The notes under the pieces were generated by a model. That model was not told the DNA's origin and did no database searches. It saw only the letters and a list, made by a program, of their open reading frames with translations. DNA of 57,286 nt from an uncultured virus (IMG/VR IMGVR_UViG_3300046694_000616). Lineage: Duplodnaviria > Heunggongvirae > Uroviricota > Caudoviricetes. Below are positions 46,917 through 56,165 of the stretch, one piece after another. Position 1 is the first letter of the stretch. Every line of letters starts with the position of its first letter. The translations under genes were made by a program, and so were the position numbers. Location of the stretch: the IMG/VR virus record IMGVR_UViG_3300046694_000616; one strand, 5' to 3'.

Positions 46917-48668
46917 ATGCAGAAGATGAAAACAGCAGAACTGCGCCTTCAGGCGCACGCGGAATACAGCTACGTGCCGCGCACGACGGACAACGCGATG
47001 GGAGCCGACGTTACGGTTGCCTTCGCCACGGACTTCGGCACGGCAGGCGAGAAGCTCACGAAGCGTCTGGCCGGGTTTCGCTACGTCGGTATTCCCTTCG
47101 GAATCGACGTGTCCGAAGCGGCGGCGCGGCTCATCGCGTTCATCGTCGAGCGTAACGGCAGCACGCTGAACGTGGCGGGCAACGGCATCTACACGCTTGC
47201 CGAGCATGGGGTCAACCAGGAGCGCGCCAATGCGTGGGTGCACAGCGTTCTCGCAGCCGTATTGCGAGGCGTGAATCTCACACTCATTCGTTCCGGCGGA
47301 CAGACGGGCATCGACCAGGCTGGCCTGGTTGCGGCAATCGCGCTCGGCGTCCCCGCACTGGGTCACTACCCGGCGCGGTTTCGTCGCCGCAACGCGCAAG
47401 GCACGGAAGTGACGGCTACGGCCGCCGCGATTCGTGCTGAGCTTGAGGGCGAGGCTGCTGTGCTGACGAAGGGCAAGGGCTGGGACTTCCATAACGACGG
47501 GTCGCTGCCGACCGAACTCGAGAATCAGGTGTTCGTGTTTGGCTCGAACCTCGCTGGTCGTCACGGCAAGGGAGCGGCAGCTGTCGCCAGGGAGCAGTTT
47601 GGCGCGAAACCGGGCGTCGGTCCCGGGCGTCAGGGTCAAAGCTACGGCATCCCCACAAAGGATGGCCGGCCGGTTCCGGGCAAAGAGCGACCATCGTTCA
47701 ATGACCCGAAACAGACCCTTCCCCTGGCTGCCATCAAGCCTTTCGTCGACGAATTCATCGAGTACGCGAAAGCACATCCCGATGAACACTTCTTCGTCAC
47801 CCGTATCGGCTGCGGTCTGGCCGGTTACGAAGACAAGGAGGTCGCGCCAATGTTTTCTGCGGCGCCGGCGAACTGCAGCTTTCCGGAAGACTGGAAGCCT
47901 TGGCTCACGGTAGCGCAAGCACCGCAGGTCGCAGCAGCCATCAATATCTGGAGCGGTGCTCCGGGGCTGGGTGGCGCGCTGACGAACATGTCAGAGCGTG
48001 CGCGGGAGAAGGGCGGCATCAAGCACCCGTATCCCGTGAAGGTCAATGGTGTGACGTACCCGGATTCCGAAGCGGCTTATCAGTCGCTGAAGGCTCTGGG
48101 TGAGGATGAGTACAACGACGGCCTGATGATTGACATCATCGCGCTCAAGTTTATTCAAAACACCAAGCTGTATGACCTCGTGACGAAGAACGGCGGTGTG
48201 GCGTGGCTGGAGAAATGCAGCCATTTCACGCAGGCCAAGTCGGAACGCTTTCAGGCGTGGGAAGGTCAGGGCCATGGGTCCCGGTTTATCCGGAACCTGA
48301 TTCACGGCTACGTGAAGGCGAAGACCGGCCGCGGACCTGTCACCCGGGTCGTGCACGTTAAGGAGGCTCCGTTCGACGTCTATATCGGGCGCCAGATGGG
48401 TTCGGACTATCCGCACTCCAAATGGCACAACCCGCACAAGGTCGACAGCAATCGTACGCGCGAAACGGCAGTAGCTGACTTCGCCGAAGACCTGCAGGGC
48501 AACCAGGAGCTGCTGGCCGACGTGTACCTGCTCAAGGGCAAGACGCTCGGCTGCTGGTGTAAGAGCCGCGACAACGTGCACAACCTGTGTCACGGCGAAG
48601 TGCTGGCGGCGCGCGCTGACGGCCGCGAGTGGGTCGCTCCGCAAGCGGTGCAAGGCTGTCTGTTCTGA
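46917..48668 (+). CDS. Multidomain protein: SLOG (YpsA-like) + macro-like + NADAR-like + DUF4326
   Basis: LNVAG and SGGQTGID; VFVFGSNLAGRHGKGAA..TRIGCGLAG; YPDSEAAYQ..KFIQN..WEG; DVYIGR..KWHNP..LGCWC..CHGEVL. Confidence 0.72.
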   Translation: MQKMKTAELRLQAHAEYSYVPRTTDNAMGADVTVAFATDFGTAGEKLTKRLAGFRYVGIPFGIDVSEAAARLIAFIVERNGSTLNVAGNGIYTLAEHGVNQERANAWVHSVLAAVLRGVNLTLIRSGGQTGIDQAGLVAAIALGVPALGHYPARFRRRNAQGTEVTATAAAIRAELEGEAAVLTKGKGWDFHNDGSLPTELENQVFVFGSNLAGRHGKGAAAVAREQFGAKPGVGPGRQGQSYGIPTKDGRPVPGKERPSFNDPKQTLPLAAIKPFVDEFIEYAKAHPDEHFFVTRIGCGLAGYEDKEVAPMFSAAPANCSFPEDWKPWLTVAQAPQVAAAINIWSGAPGLGGALTNMSERAREKGGIKHPYPVKVNGVTYPDSEAAYQSLKALGEDEYNDGLMIDIIALKFIQNTKLYDLVTKNGGVAWLEKCSHFTQAKSERFQAWEGQGHGSRFIRNLIHGYVKAKTGRGPVTRVVHVKEAPFDVYIGRQMGSDYPHSKWHNPHKVDSNRTRETAVADFAEDLQGNQELLADVYLLKGKTLGCWCKSRDNVHNLCHGEVLAARADGREWVAPQAVQGCLF

Positions 48669-48770
48669 TTTAACCACCGAGCTAACGCTCTCTCAAGCCT
48701 CCTGCTAACCGCGGGAGGCTTTTTCATACCCGCCAACCTGAACGCTATACATACAGTCTCCAAACAACCG

Positions 48771-49736
48771 GTGGGTCTAGTGAATAAGAACAGGGCGATA
48801 ATGTCCGCAGTGCTCGCAGCATGTGGGTTCTTCATCTACATGAAGGTCGCGACATTGCCCCAGAGTGCATCAATCACCGGCCAAACCACGGCTGAGCGGG
48901 CATCAAATCCGCAGCCGGCCACAAACGGTGTCGGATTTCTAGGCTCTCTGCCTACTCGAAACAGATTGGCAGTTTTGCAGGCCGACGTAACTCAGGCCGC
49001 GGCAGCAGCCCCTGAATTCCTCCGTATCCCCTACAACGCCCCACAAGAATTCGATGGCGCAACCAAGGCGCAAGTGTTGAGTGTCCGCCGACAGGCGGTG
49101 CTGCAGCAGCCCTTTCTTATCAAAAATGGCGCATATAGCCCCGACGATGCGATATTCCGTCAGTTGGAGGATGGAAAACCTTGGTGGGGTTTGGAGGGGG
49201 AGTATGTCACCGGCCCGGAGAATAATCATGGACCGGACGGCGCATCCGAAGAGTCGCGCTTCATCTTGAACCCGTTTCTGCTGGTGGCCCCTGATTTCTA
49301 TCCTCCAATGGCGCTTGGCAAGCCCGGGGCGTTGCCATGTGAGCCAAAGTCTTTGGTGTGGGCACCAAAATTGGCGATAGCTGAAGTTACCTACAGTAGC
49401 GCCTGCGTTCAGCAAAACACAGCCCAAGTCTTTGACTTGGTCGCTTATAACGCCAAGGACCTGGGCCTGCCCTATCTGGCGGTCAACTGGGAGAACTCTA
49501 CAAATCTGGACCAGGAACACAAGGCAGAGACCCCCTACAAGAACCCCCAATTCCTTCATCGTGGCCCCAGCTGCCGGTACCCGGGTGGCTGCAACAATAT
49601 GAGCCCTCGCACGCCGCCAATTGAGCACTTCATGTTCACACAGCCACAGGGCTCGATGGAGGTCTGGTTGTGGCAGGAACGTCCGCAAACTCGACACACA
49701 ACCCCGGATTTCAGATTCCGCATCAGAATTGAATAA
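48771..49736 (+). CDS. Hypothetical exported/membrane-anchored protein
   Basis: N-terminal hydrophobic segment, lower GC. Confidence 0.65.
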   Translation: MGLVNKNRAIMSAVLAACGFFIYMKVATLPQSASITGQTTAERASNPQPATNGVGFLGSLPTRNRLAVLQADVTQAAAAAPEFLRIPYNAPQEFDGATKAQVLSVRRQAVLQQPFLIKNGAYSPDDAIFRQLEDGKPWWGLEGEYVTGPENNHGPDGASEESRFILNPFLLVAPDFYPPMALGKPGALPCEPKSLVWAPKLAIAEVTYSSACVQQNTAQVFDLVAYNAKDLGLPYLAVNWENSTNLDQEHKAETPYKNPQFLHRGPSCRYPGGCNNMSPRTPPIEHFMFTQPQGSMEVWLWQERPQTRHTTPDFRFRIRIE

Positions 49737-50006
49737 AAGCGCTGCCGACTGCCGCATCGCGCAGTGCGTTCTGAATCACTGCGCCAGGCAGCGCATCTTA
49801 TTACTGCGTTTTCCAATGGACCCAAACTCGGGTCCATTGTCTTTTTTAGACCCTGCTTCGCGCGGCGGTTGACTCCAACAAGGTCGGGGTAGAAGGTTCC
49901 CGGCTGGCGCTGCTTGCGTCGACCAGCCCCATCCTCCAGCCAAGCAAAATTTGGCATATTGAGCATTACACGATATACTACGCGCACCGTATCTCAAGAG
50001 AATCCC

Positions 50007-50483
50007 ATGGAACTGTCGTCGCCTATCGACGCAGTGGCCAGTGCCGTCCATCACGCGGCGCACGTGGCTCTGCCCGACTTCCGTTACTTCGACCGCGACT
50101 TCGACGCGTGGCGTCGTATGGACCCGAAACTCGCCGAGGAAGCCCGGCGCAACAACACCATTCCCCAGAAGGAAGTGGTTCGACGCCCGCGTCCGGACGA
50201 GTGCGAGGTCTACGCCATGTTCGCACAAACCTGGGGTTCCACCTCGCTGGGCTTTGGCGGAATTGGCGGCGCGGCGATGACGCCGGCTTACACCGTAGTC
50301 ATTGCCGGCCCGAACGGCCAGTTCGCCGTGTACTGGGCAGGGCGGCTGGCCTACACCGTCGACCCGGAAAAGCAGACGCCCAAGCAGCGTCAGCTCTTCA
50401 TTGACGACGTGGCCAAGCGCTGGACCAAGGGCGTCATCGAAGCCGTCGTCCAGTATGGCGCCACCGAGCGCAAACGTGGCTGA
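50007..50483 (+). CDS. Hypothetical protein
   Basis: FAQTWGSTSLGFGGIGGAAMT motif, GC3 bias. Confidence 0.75.
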   Translation: MELSSPIDAVASAVHHAAHVALPDFRYFDRDFDAWRRMDPKLAEEARRNNTIPQKEVVRRPRPDECEVYAMFAQTWGSTSLGFGGIGGAAMTPAYTVVIAGPNGQFAVYWAGRLAYTVDPEKQTPKQRQLFIDDVAKRWTKGVIEAVVQYGATERKRG

Positions 50484-50778
50484 GTTGCCTCGGATTGTGG
50501 TGTTCGCGCCCGACGCTGACGCCGACATCGCTGCCATGGCCGCGCTACTGGCGCAGAAGCTCGACGGGCGGGCGACGGTGCAGCTTATTACCGACATCCG
50601 CGACCTACCCCCCTCAGGGGAGCCCGTGCTCGCCGACCCTCCGGACTTTCCTCTCGCGATTGCTGAACTCGTGCGGCCCATGGAGTGCCCGGACGTCGTT
50701 CTCCAGGCGGAGGGCTTGCCGCGCGTCGGCTATGGCCCGCCGCGTCGCGGCAGGAAAGGCAAGCCTCTGCGCTGGTGA
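50476..50778 (+). CDS. Hypothetical protein
   Basis: GTG overlapping upstream stop. Confidence 0.5.
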   Translation: MAELPRIVVFAPDADADIAAMAALLAQKLDGRATVQLITDIRDLPPSGEPVLADPPDFPLAIAELVRPMECPDVVLQAEGLPRVGYGPPRRGRKGKPLRW

Positions 50779-50831
50779 ACGCGAAAGTCGCATTGTTTCC
50801 TATACCAATTGTTAACCGAACGAAGACCATC

Positions 50832-51314
50832 GTGATTGATTTTGACGCAATCGCCTACAAGCATTGGGCGTGGGTGGAGCGCATGGGCTGGCACAACAAG
50901 ACCGTGCTCGAGAGCCTGGCGCTCATCGCCTCAGAAATCGGCGAAGCCACCGCCGAATGCTACGACATCATCGACCTGACGCGGTTCGGCGAAGAACTCG
51001 CCGACATCATCCTGCGCTGTGTCGACCTCGCCTGTACCGAGAAGGTCGACCTCACGCTGCACGTCATCAATGCCCAGCCGGAATGGCGGGGCATCACCGC
51101 TCCGGAGCGTATGGGCGAAGTGCTCGTCGAATACGCCCTCTGGAGCAATACCGCACGCAAACCTCAGCTCGGCCCCGACTTCGGTGAAGGCATGGGCCGC
51201 ATGGTCGCGCGCGTCGTCTACATCGCCGACCTGTACGGCATCGACCTCGAGAAGGCCGTGCAAATCAAGTTGGCGAAGAACGAACTCAACGGCACTCGTG
51301 GCCGCCTCATCTGA
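50832..51314 (+). CDS. MazG-like all-alpha NTP pyrophosphohydrolase
   Basis: LIASEIGEA..EELADIILR..DLEKAVQIKLAKN. Confidence 0.72.
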   Translation: MIDFDAIAYKHWAWVERMGWHNKTVLESLALIASEIGEATAECYDIIDLTRFGEELADIILRCVDLACTEKVDLTLHVINAQPEWRGITAPERMGEVLVEYALWSNTARKPQLGPDFGEGMGRMVARVVYIADLYGIDLEKAVQIKLAKNELNGTRGRLI

Positions 51315-51325
51315 AGGACGCAATC

Positions 51326-51976
51326 ATGCATAAAGTAGTTGGTCTGGTGGGCATTCGCGGCTCCGGAAAGGATACCGTCGCCCAGTTTCTCGTCGCACAA
51401 GGCTGGACGCGCATTGCGTTTGCCGATGCGCTGTATCTCGAAGTCGCGCAGGCGTTCGGCGTAACCGTGGAATTCCTGCAGCGCCGCGAGTCGAAAGAGC
51501 TGCCACAGCCCGAGCTGGCGCTGGCGAACTGCAAGGACCAGCTTTTCGTCGCGGTCCTGCTCACGCAGGCCGGCCTGCGACTCGGCCAGGATAGCCGCAA
51601 GATTGCAGCGTTCCTGCGCAAGCCGCGTAGCCCGCGCGAAGTGCTGCAATACTGGGGCACGGAATATCGTCGCATGACCTTCCGCGACGATTACTGGCGC
51701 GCTCAGGTGGCTGATGTCGTCCGCGCCAATCCGCGCAAGAAGTTCGTCATCACCGACGTACGCTTCCCGGATGAAGGGCATCTCGTCGAGAACGAACTCG
51801 GTGGCGAGCTGCGCCGCGTTGTCCGCCCGGGCCTGGGTGGTTCGAACGACAAGGCGCTGTTGCACTCGTCGGAAGTCGCGATGCTGGACTATCCCATCAG
51901 GGAGGAATTCCTGAACGAAGAGGGTACTATGGGCCTTGACCGCCTCCGCCGCGCCGTGCTCCGTTCCTTCCACTGA
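51326..51976 (+). CDS. Deoxynucleoside monophosphate kinase (T4 gp1-like)
   Basis: GIRGSGKDT, AFADAL, SPREVLQYWGTE, ITDVRFPDE, HSSE. Confidence 0.88.
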   Translation: MHKVVGLVGIRGSGKDTVAQFLVAQGWTRIAFADALYLEVAQAFGVTVEFLQRRESKELPQPELALANCKDQLFVAVLLTQAGLRLGQDSRKIAAFLRKPRSPREVLQYWGTEYRRMTFRDDYWRAQVADVVRANPRKKFVITDVRFPDEGHLVENELGGELRRVVRPGLGGSNDKALLHSSEVAMLDYPIREEFLNEEGTMGLDRLRRAVLRSFH

Positions 51977-52082
51977 CTCAGATTCGCGAGCCCATCCGTG
52001 AGGTGGGCTTTATTGTAAGAAAGTTGTCACTTTCGGGCCTAATCAGTATACTAAGCCTTACAGCACCACCCTTGGTCCAACC

Positions 52083-52493
52083 ATGTTCAACCTCAACCAT
52101 CAACAGCAGTCCGGCAGGCCGGCGCGCATCCCCGTCGCCAGCCCGTCACCCCAGTTTCTCCAGGCCGCGAAGGCCTTGCCATTCTGGCGCACCATGCCTT
52201 ATCGGTCCGTCGAGGTCTCGTTTCCCGAAGGAAGCTGCTTCCAGCTGCGGGCGCCCGACCTGGCCATCAAGGCCGCCAGCCGCATCCAGATTCCCGGCTC
52301 TGAGCCGATGACGCATCTGCTCATCCAGGTGCTGCCCATCCTGCGCGAGCGACCCGAGTTCCTCATTGAAGTTGCGTCCCACCTGAGCTGGGCGGAGCTG
52401 AGCGAGATGGCGTGTGATGCGTTCTGGCGCTCACCCTGCGTCGTGCTTGCCGAGCAGTTCAGCAACAAAGCCCGGCTCAGCTTGCACGCTTGA
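52083..52493 (+). CDS. Hypothetical protein
   Basis: 136-aa ORF with upstream TATACT. Confidence 0.5.
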   Translation: MFNLNHQQQSGRPARIPVASPSPQFLQAAKALPFWRTMPYRSVEVSFPEGSCFQLRAPDLAIKAASRIQIPGSEPMTHLLIQVLPILRERPEFLIEVASHLSWAELSEMACDAFWRSPCVVLAEQFSNKARLSLHA

Positions 52494-52546
52494 CACCTAT
52501 TGTATTACCACTTGACAGTTAACGTTCGCACTAATATAATGTGAAA

Positions 52547-52678
52547 CATAGAGTTTGTGTTAGTTAACTGTCTGATTTTCCTCCGTGGTCGGCAACGACT
52601 GAGTCAACGGGATTTGAGCGCTGTGCTCTCCTTGCGACTTTTAGCCCGATGAGTTCAACGCTCATCGGGCTCTTTTTT
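52547..52678 (+). ncRNA. Putative small regulatory RNA
   Basis: Promoter TTGACA(52512)-17-TATAAT(52535), no ORF, CCUCC and CUCUCC motifs, 11-bp terminator stem 52643-52671 plus U6. Confidence 0.65.
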
Positions 52679-52682
52679 GCCT

Positions 52683-52970
52683 TCAGCCGGCCGAACCGTT
52701 CTTCACCTTGTTCTTAAAAGCGCTGCCTGCGCTGAACTTGGGCGCAGTCGACGCGGCAATCTGCATCTCCTCGCCCGTGGACGGGTTGCGCCCCGTGCGC
52801 GCCGCGCGACTTGTGGCCGAGAAGGACCCGAAGCCGACGAGCGTAACCTGCTCCCCCGCGGCGACGGTATCGGTGATGGATTCAAAAAGCGCATCGACAA
52901 CTGCCGAGACAACCTTGACGGGTTGGCCAGTCTTCTCTGCTACCTGCGACACCAAATCAGTTTTGTGCAT
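52683..52970 (-). CDS. hup: Histone-like DNA-binding protein HU
   Basis: VTLVGFGSF..RAARTGRNPSTGE..PKFSAG. Confidence 0.95.
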   Translation of the reverse strand: MHKTDLVSQVAEKTGQPVKVVSAVVDALFESITDTVAAGEQVTLVGFGSFSATSRAARTGRNPSTGEEMQIAASTAPKFSAGSAFKNKVKNGSAG

Positions 52971-53093
52971 CAAATTCTCCTTGTTTCACTGTACATGTTT
53001 GAAATGTCAGTGGTGAGTGACTGTGTATCACGAAAGAGCGCGCTATACAAGAATGCAGTGGCTTTCGCTGCTTCTTAATGAGAGGAAACAGTA

Positions 53094-53219
53094 ATGTACA
53101 ACGATGATTACGGTGTGGATGTGAATGCAGTCGTGGCTGATATGGACCGTCGCGAAGCAGTGCAGGCCCTGTTCGACGACGGCGACGCCGATAACACCAT
53201 CGAAGACGACGGCGAATAA
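53094..53219 (+). CDS. 41-aa highly acidic peptide (absent from the ORF track)
   Basis: GAGAGG RBS; MYNDDYGVDVNAVVADMDRREAVQALFDDGDADNTIEDDGE; terminator 53241-53269. Confidence 0.6.
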   Translation: MYNDDYGVDVNAVVADMDRREAVQALFDDGDADNTIEDDGE

Positions 53220-53275
53220 CGTCGCACAAACTCTCCCGGAACCCTCCTAATTTGGAGGGTTCTTTTTTTCGGGCT

Positions 53276-53725
53276 TCAGCGTTTGAAGGCCTCGACGCAC
53301 GCCCGTGTTGCGGCAGCAGCCTCAATCGAAAAGCCGCCGGGCAATCGCGCCACTCGGGCCGAGAACGCCTCCCACGACCGCGGCGCGCAGCCGTCCTCAA
53401 CGAGGGCCGCAAACCCAGCGCTTGCGCCATGCAGGTGAAGTTCATCAAACTTGCCTTCCGAGTCCAGCTCGAACCACGCGAGGTCGACCAGGCTGCACTC
53501 GAGAGCGCGGCAGATTGCCTCTGCGTAATCCAGCGCGCCATTCGTCACGCTGACGCCGGGGTTCGACGGATGGTCTGCCAGCAAACACCACCCCAATTTG
53601 CGCTCGCGCGAGATGACCGCCGTCACCCCTGGTAGCCCGGTGTACGCGCCGGTCAATTGCACGTTGTGCCGGATTGGCCGACCCAGACTCTCCCGAATCA
53701 GGTGTTGTATCGAAACTCTCGGCAT
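53276..53725 (-). CDS. Hypothetical protein
   Basis: AAGGAGG RBS; NPGVSVTNG motif. Confidence 0.7.
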   Translation of the reverse strand: MPRVSIQHLIRESLGRPIRHNVQLTGAYTGLPGVTAVISRERKLGWCLLADHPSNPGVSVTNGALDYAEAICRALECSLVDLAWFELDSEGKFDELHLHGASAGFAALVEDGCAPRSWEAFSARVARLPGGFSIEAAAATRACVEAFKR

Positions 53726-53874
53726 AGAGCCCTCCTTGTGGCCGAAAGTCTATCACGATGGGGGTGTGTCTGAGCCTATACCTATGGCAGGCAATATATA
53801 TCGTGAAATGCGCGGTTACATAGACGGCGGTCGCTGTCGATGTCTGCACGCGCGACAAATTCGGAGTTTACATC

Positions 53875-54756
53875 ATGGAAGCGATTCAACAGACTGGCGT
53901 CCTCGCAATCGAACACTCGGAAGTCGAAGCACCCGCAGCCGCTCCCGCGGCAACACCCCGCGTCGACACGCCGGACTGGTACGAGCTGCTGGTGGATGCT
54001 GTGCACGAACCGGGTCAACTGGCGGCGGCACATCAGTTCTTCCACAACTACAGTCTGGCCAACCGCTGGCTGGCGAGCTCGCAGCTTCGCGCTGCGGGTT
54101 TGCCGCTCCTGCCCATCAACACCTTCAAGGGCTGGCTCAGTGCTGAACGGCCGGTGCAGAAGGGTCAGAAGGCCAGTATTGCGCTCATCATGCCGGTTCC
54201 CATTCGCGCCAAGAAGGGCGAAGACGACGAGGATGAGAAAGGCAAGGGCAAGGTGAAGTTCACCAAGTTCATGCTGCGCAATTACTGGTTCCACCTCAAC
54301 CAGACGGACGGCAAGGAGTACAACCCGGACGAGTCCAATCGTGGCGACTGGAACCTGACGGCAGCTCTCGATTTCCTGGAAATCAAAGAGTCGCCGTTCG
54401 AGTTCGCAAGCGTTTCGGATATGCGGCTCGGCTGGGCGCAGGGCAAGGAAATCGCTGTGTCTCCGCTCGAAGTCCATCAGACGTACGGACGATTGCGCGA
54501 AATGGCGCGTGTTCTTCTCGGTCATACCGCTGAAGAGCCCGCCAAATCGGTTCCGCAGGAGCAGTCGATGCGTGACATCGAAGCAGATACCGCGGCCTAC
54601 CTGTGCGCGGCATCGCTCTGTATCTCGGGGCTGGAAGAAGCTCGCCTGCGCCTGCAGGTGAACCTCGCCGAAGGCTCGAAGCTTCGTATCCCGGACAAGT
54701 GCGCGCATCGTGCGTTCTCGGCCGCGGACAAGCTCATCAACGCCGGCTACTGCTGA
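53875..54756 (+). CDS. ArdC-like ssDNA-binding/antirestriction protein
   Basis: FHNYSLANRWL, TFKGW..VQKGQKA, QTDG; C-terminal REMAR in place of HExxH, EADTAAY. Confidence 0.72.
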   Translation: MEAIQQTGVLAIEHSEVEAPAAAPAATPRVDTPDWYELLVDAVHEPGQLAAAHQFFHNYSLANRWLASSQLRAAGLPLLPINTFKGWLSAERPVQKGQKASIALIMPVPIRAKKGEDDEDEKGKGKVKFTKFMLRNYWFHLNQTDGKEYNPDESNRGDWNLTAALDFLEIKESPFEFASVSDMRLGWAQGKEIAVSPLEVHQTYGRLREMARVLLGHTAEEPAKSVPQEQSMRDIEADTAAYLCAASLCISGLEEARLRLQVNLAEGSKLRIPDKCAHRAFSAADKLINAGYC

Positions 54757-54816
54757 TACAGGGCCATCAACGCAATCCACTCAACAACCCGACTCGTTCG
54801 GGTTGTTTTTTGAACA

Positions 54817-55278
54817 ATGGAGATGACCCTTATGGGCGGGATGAATTTTGGCTCCGGCCAAGGTGCTTTCGATGCGGATGAAGCTTCGTTTTGCGCGGCG
54901 GCCGCGCTTGAGCTACGTGAGCTGCTGGCACAACCCAAAGCATCGGATTTCACGCGCAAGCGCTATCCGAACGAGCCGCTGTATGCGTTGCATCAGAATG
55001 CGTTGATGGCGGATGGCTTGTCCCCTTCGAGTCGGAAGGAGCTTGCGATGGGCCGGTTCGGGCACGCGAAGAAGGCAAAGGTGGGCGAGCAGATTACCTG
55101 TCCAGGCTGCGGCACGCTGCAGACGAAGGCGAGCTATCAGCACGTCTTCTGCAAGGACAAGGTGAAGGGACGCTCAACGTGCAAGGACTTCATCAACAAC
55201 TGGTTCGACCCAGCCCGACTCGTGCGTACGCTCGAGCGATTGGAGCGGGAAGAAGAACTTCGAGGGGTACGGCGATGA
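54817..55278 (+). CDS. Hypothetical zinc-finger protein
   Basis: CPGCG..FC..C motif. Confidence 0.65.
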   Translation: MEMTLMGGMNFGSGQGAFDADEASFCAAAALELRELLAQPKASDFTRKRYPNEPLYALHQNALMADGLSPSSRKELAMGRFGHAKKAKVGEQITCPGCGTLQTKASYQHVFCKDKVKGRSTCKDFINNWFDPARLVRTLERLEREEELRGVRR

Positions 55279-55538
55279 AAGGTATTACTGGTTTTCGCTT
55301 GCGCCCGCTGTCGCGTATTCACACTCCTGTCGCTCCGGTCGACGCGCATGACTGGCGTACTTGTGCTGACCAGGATTGTGAGGTGTGCGCGGCGCTCGTC
55401 AATTCCGGCACCGTCATCTGTTGCGATGCGTGCTGTCAGCCCGGCCACACGGATGCACCCGGCGGATGGGTGCGAGCGGAAGACGGTCAGATTTTCTGCG
55501 AGCCCTGCGCAGCTGAACTGGCTGTAGTAGCGACCTGA
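55275..55538 (+). CDS. Small Cys-rich (zinc-binding) protein
   Basis: H..C..CEVC..CDAC..CEPC; ATGA coupling. Confidence 0.6.
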   Translation: MKGITGFRLRPLSRIHTPVAPVDAHDWRTCADQDCEVCAALVNSGTVICCDACCQPGHTDAPGGWVRAEDGQIFCEPCAAELAVVAT

Positions 55539-55625
55539 TAGGCAGCGTTCCAGGACGCGATTGGATAGTCAGCCAGCAATTTCACAACTGCGGTTTGCCG
55601 CAAAAAGCTACGAAGGAAGCTCAAT

Positions 55626-55895
55626 ATGACCACTACCGTTTACATCGTTCCCGCCATGACGGACCAGGCCGGCCAGTGCCGCATTGTGTCTCGCGAAGGC
55701 ACGGTTGCCTCGGCGCGCGACGACTATCTTCAGGCTCCGGACAACTGGAAGGAAATCGGTCTCATGAACTCGCGCGGCCAGCTCGTTTGCATCGAGGCGG
55801 ACAACCTCGATGTCGTCGACGAGCTTAAGGCTTGCGAGCCGCTGATGGCCGGGCTCGTGTTCGAGGTAGAAGACGTTCAGGCGCTCGCCGCCTGA
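55626..55895 (+). CDS. Hypothetical protein
   Basis: AAGGA RBS, terminator 55912-55934. Confidence 0.75.
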   Translation: MTTTVYIVPAMTDQAGQCRIVSREGTVASARDDYLQAPDNWKEIGLMNSRGQLVCIEADNLDVVDELKACEPLMAGLVFEVEDVQALAA

Positions 55896-56165
55896 TTGCG
55901 TTCGAACTCCAGGCCGTCTTTGACGGCCTTTTTTCTTGATTTTGAAATTCAACCACTATTTAGCGCAAGCACGTTTTTTAGATGAAACACCCCTACAGCG
56001 CGTTGAAGTTTTTGAGACACCCCGAATAGCACCGCAGAGAACGCCTGTCATCCCATAGTCTTTTTTCAACCCGCTCATATCTGGGTATCCACAAATGATG
56101 TTTTTGCCGCAGCCATACCCCCTATACGGATTTAGGTCAATTGGTTTTGAGTGAGAAGGCAAAAC

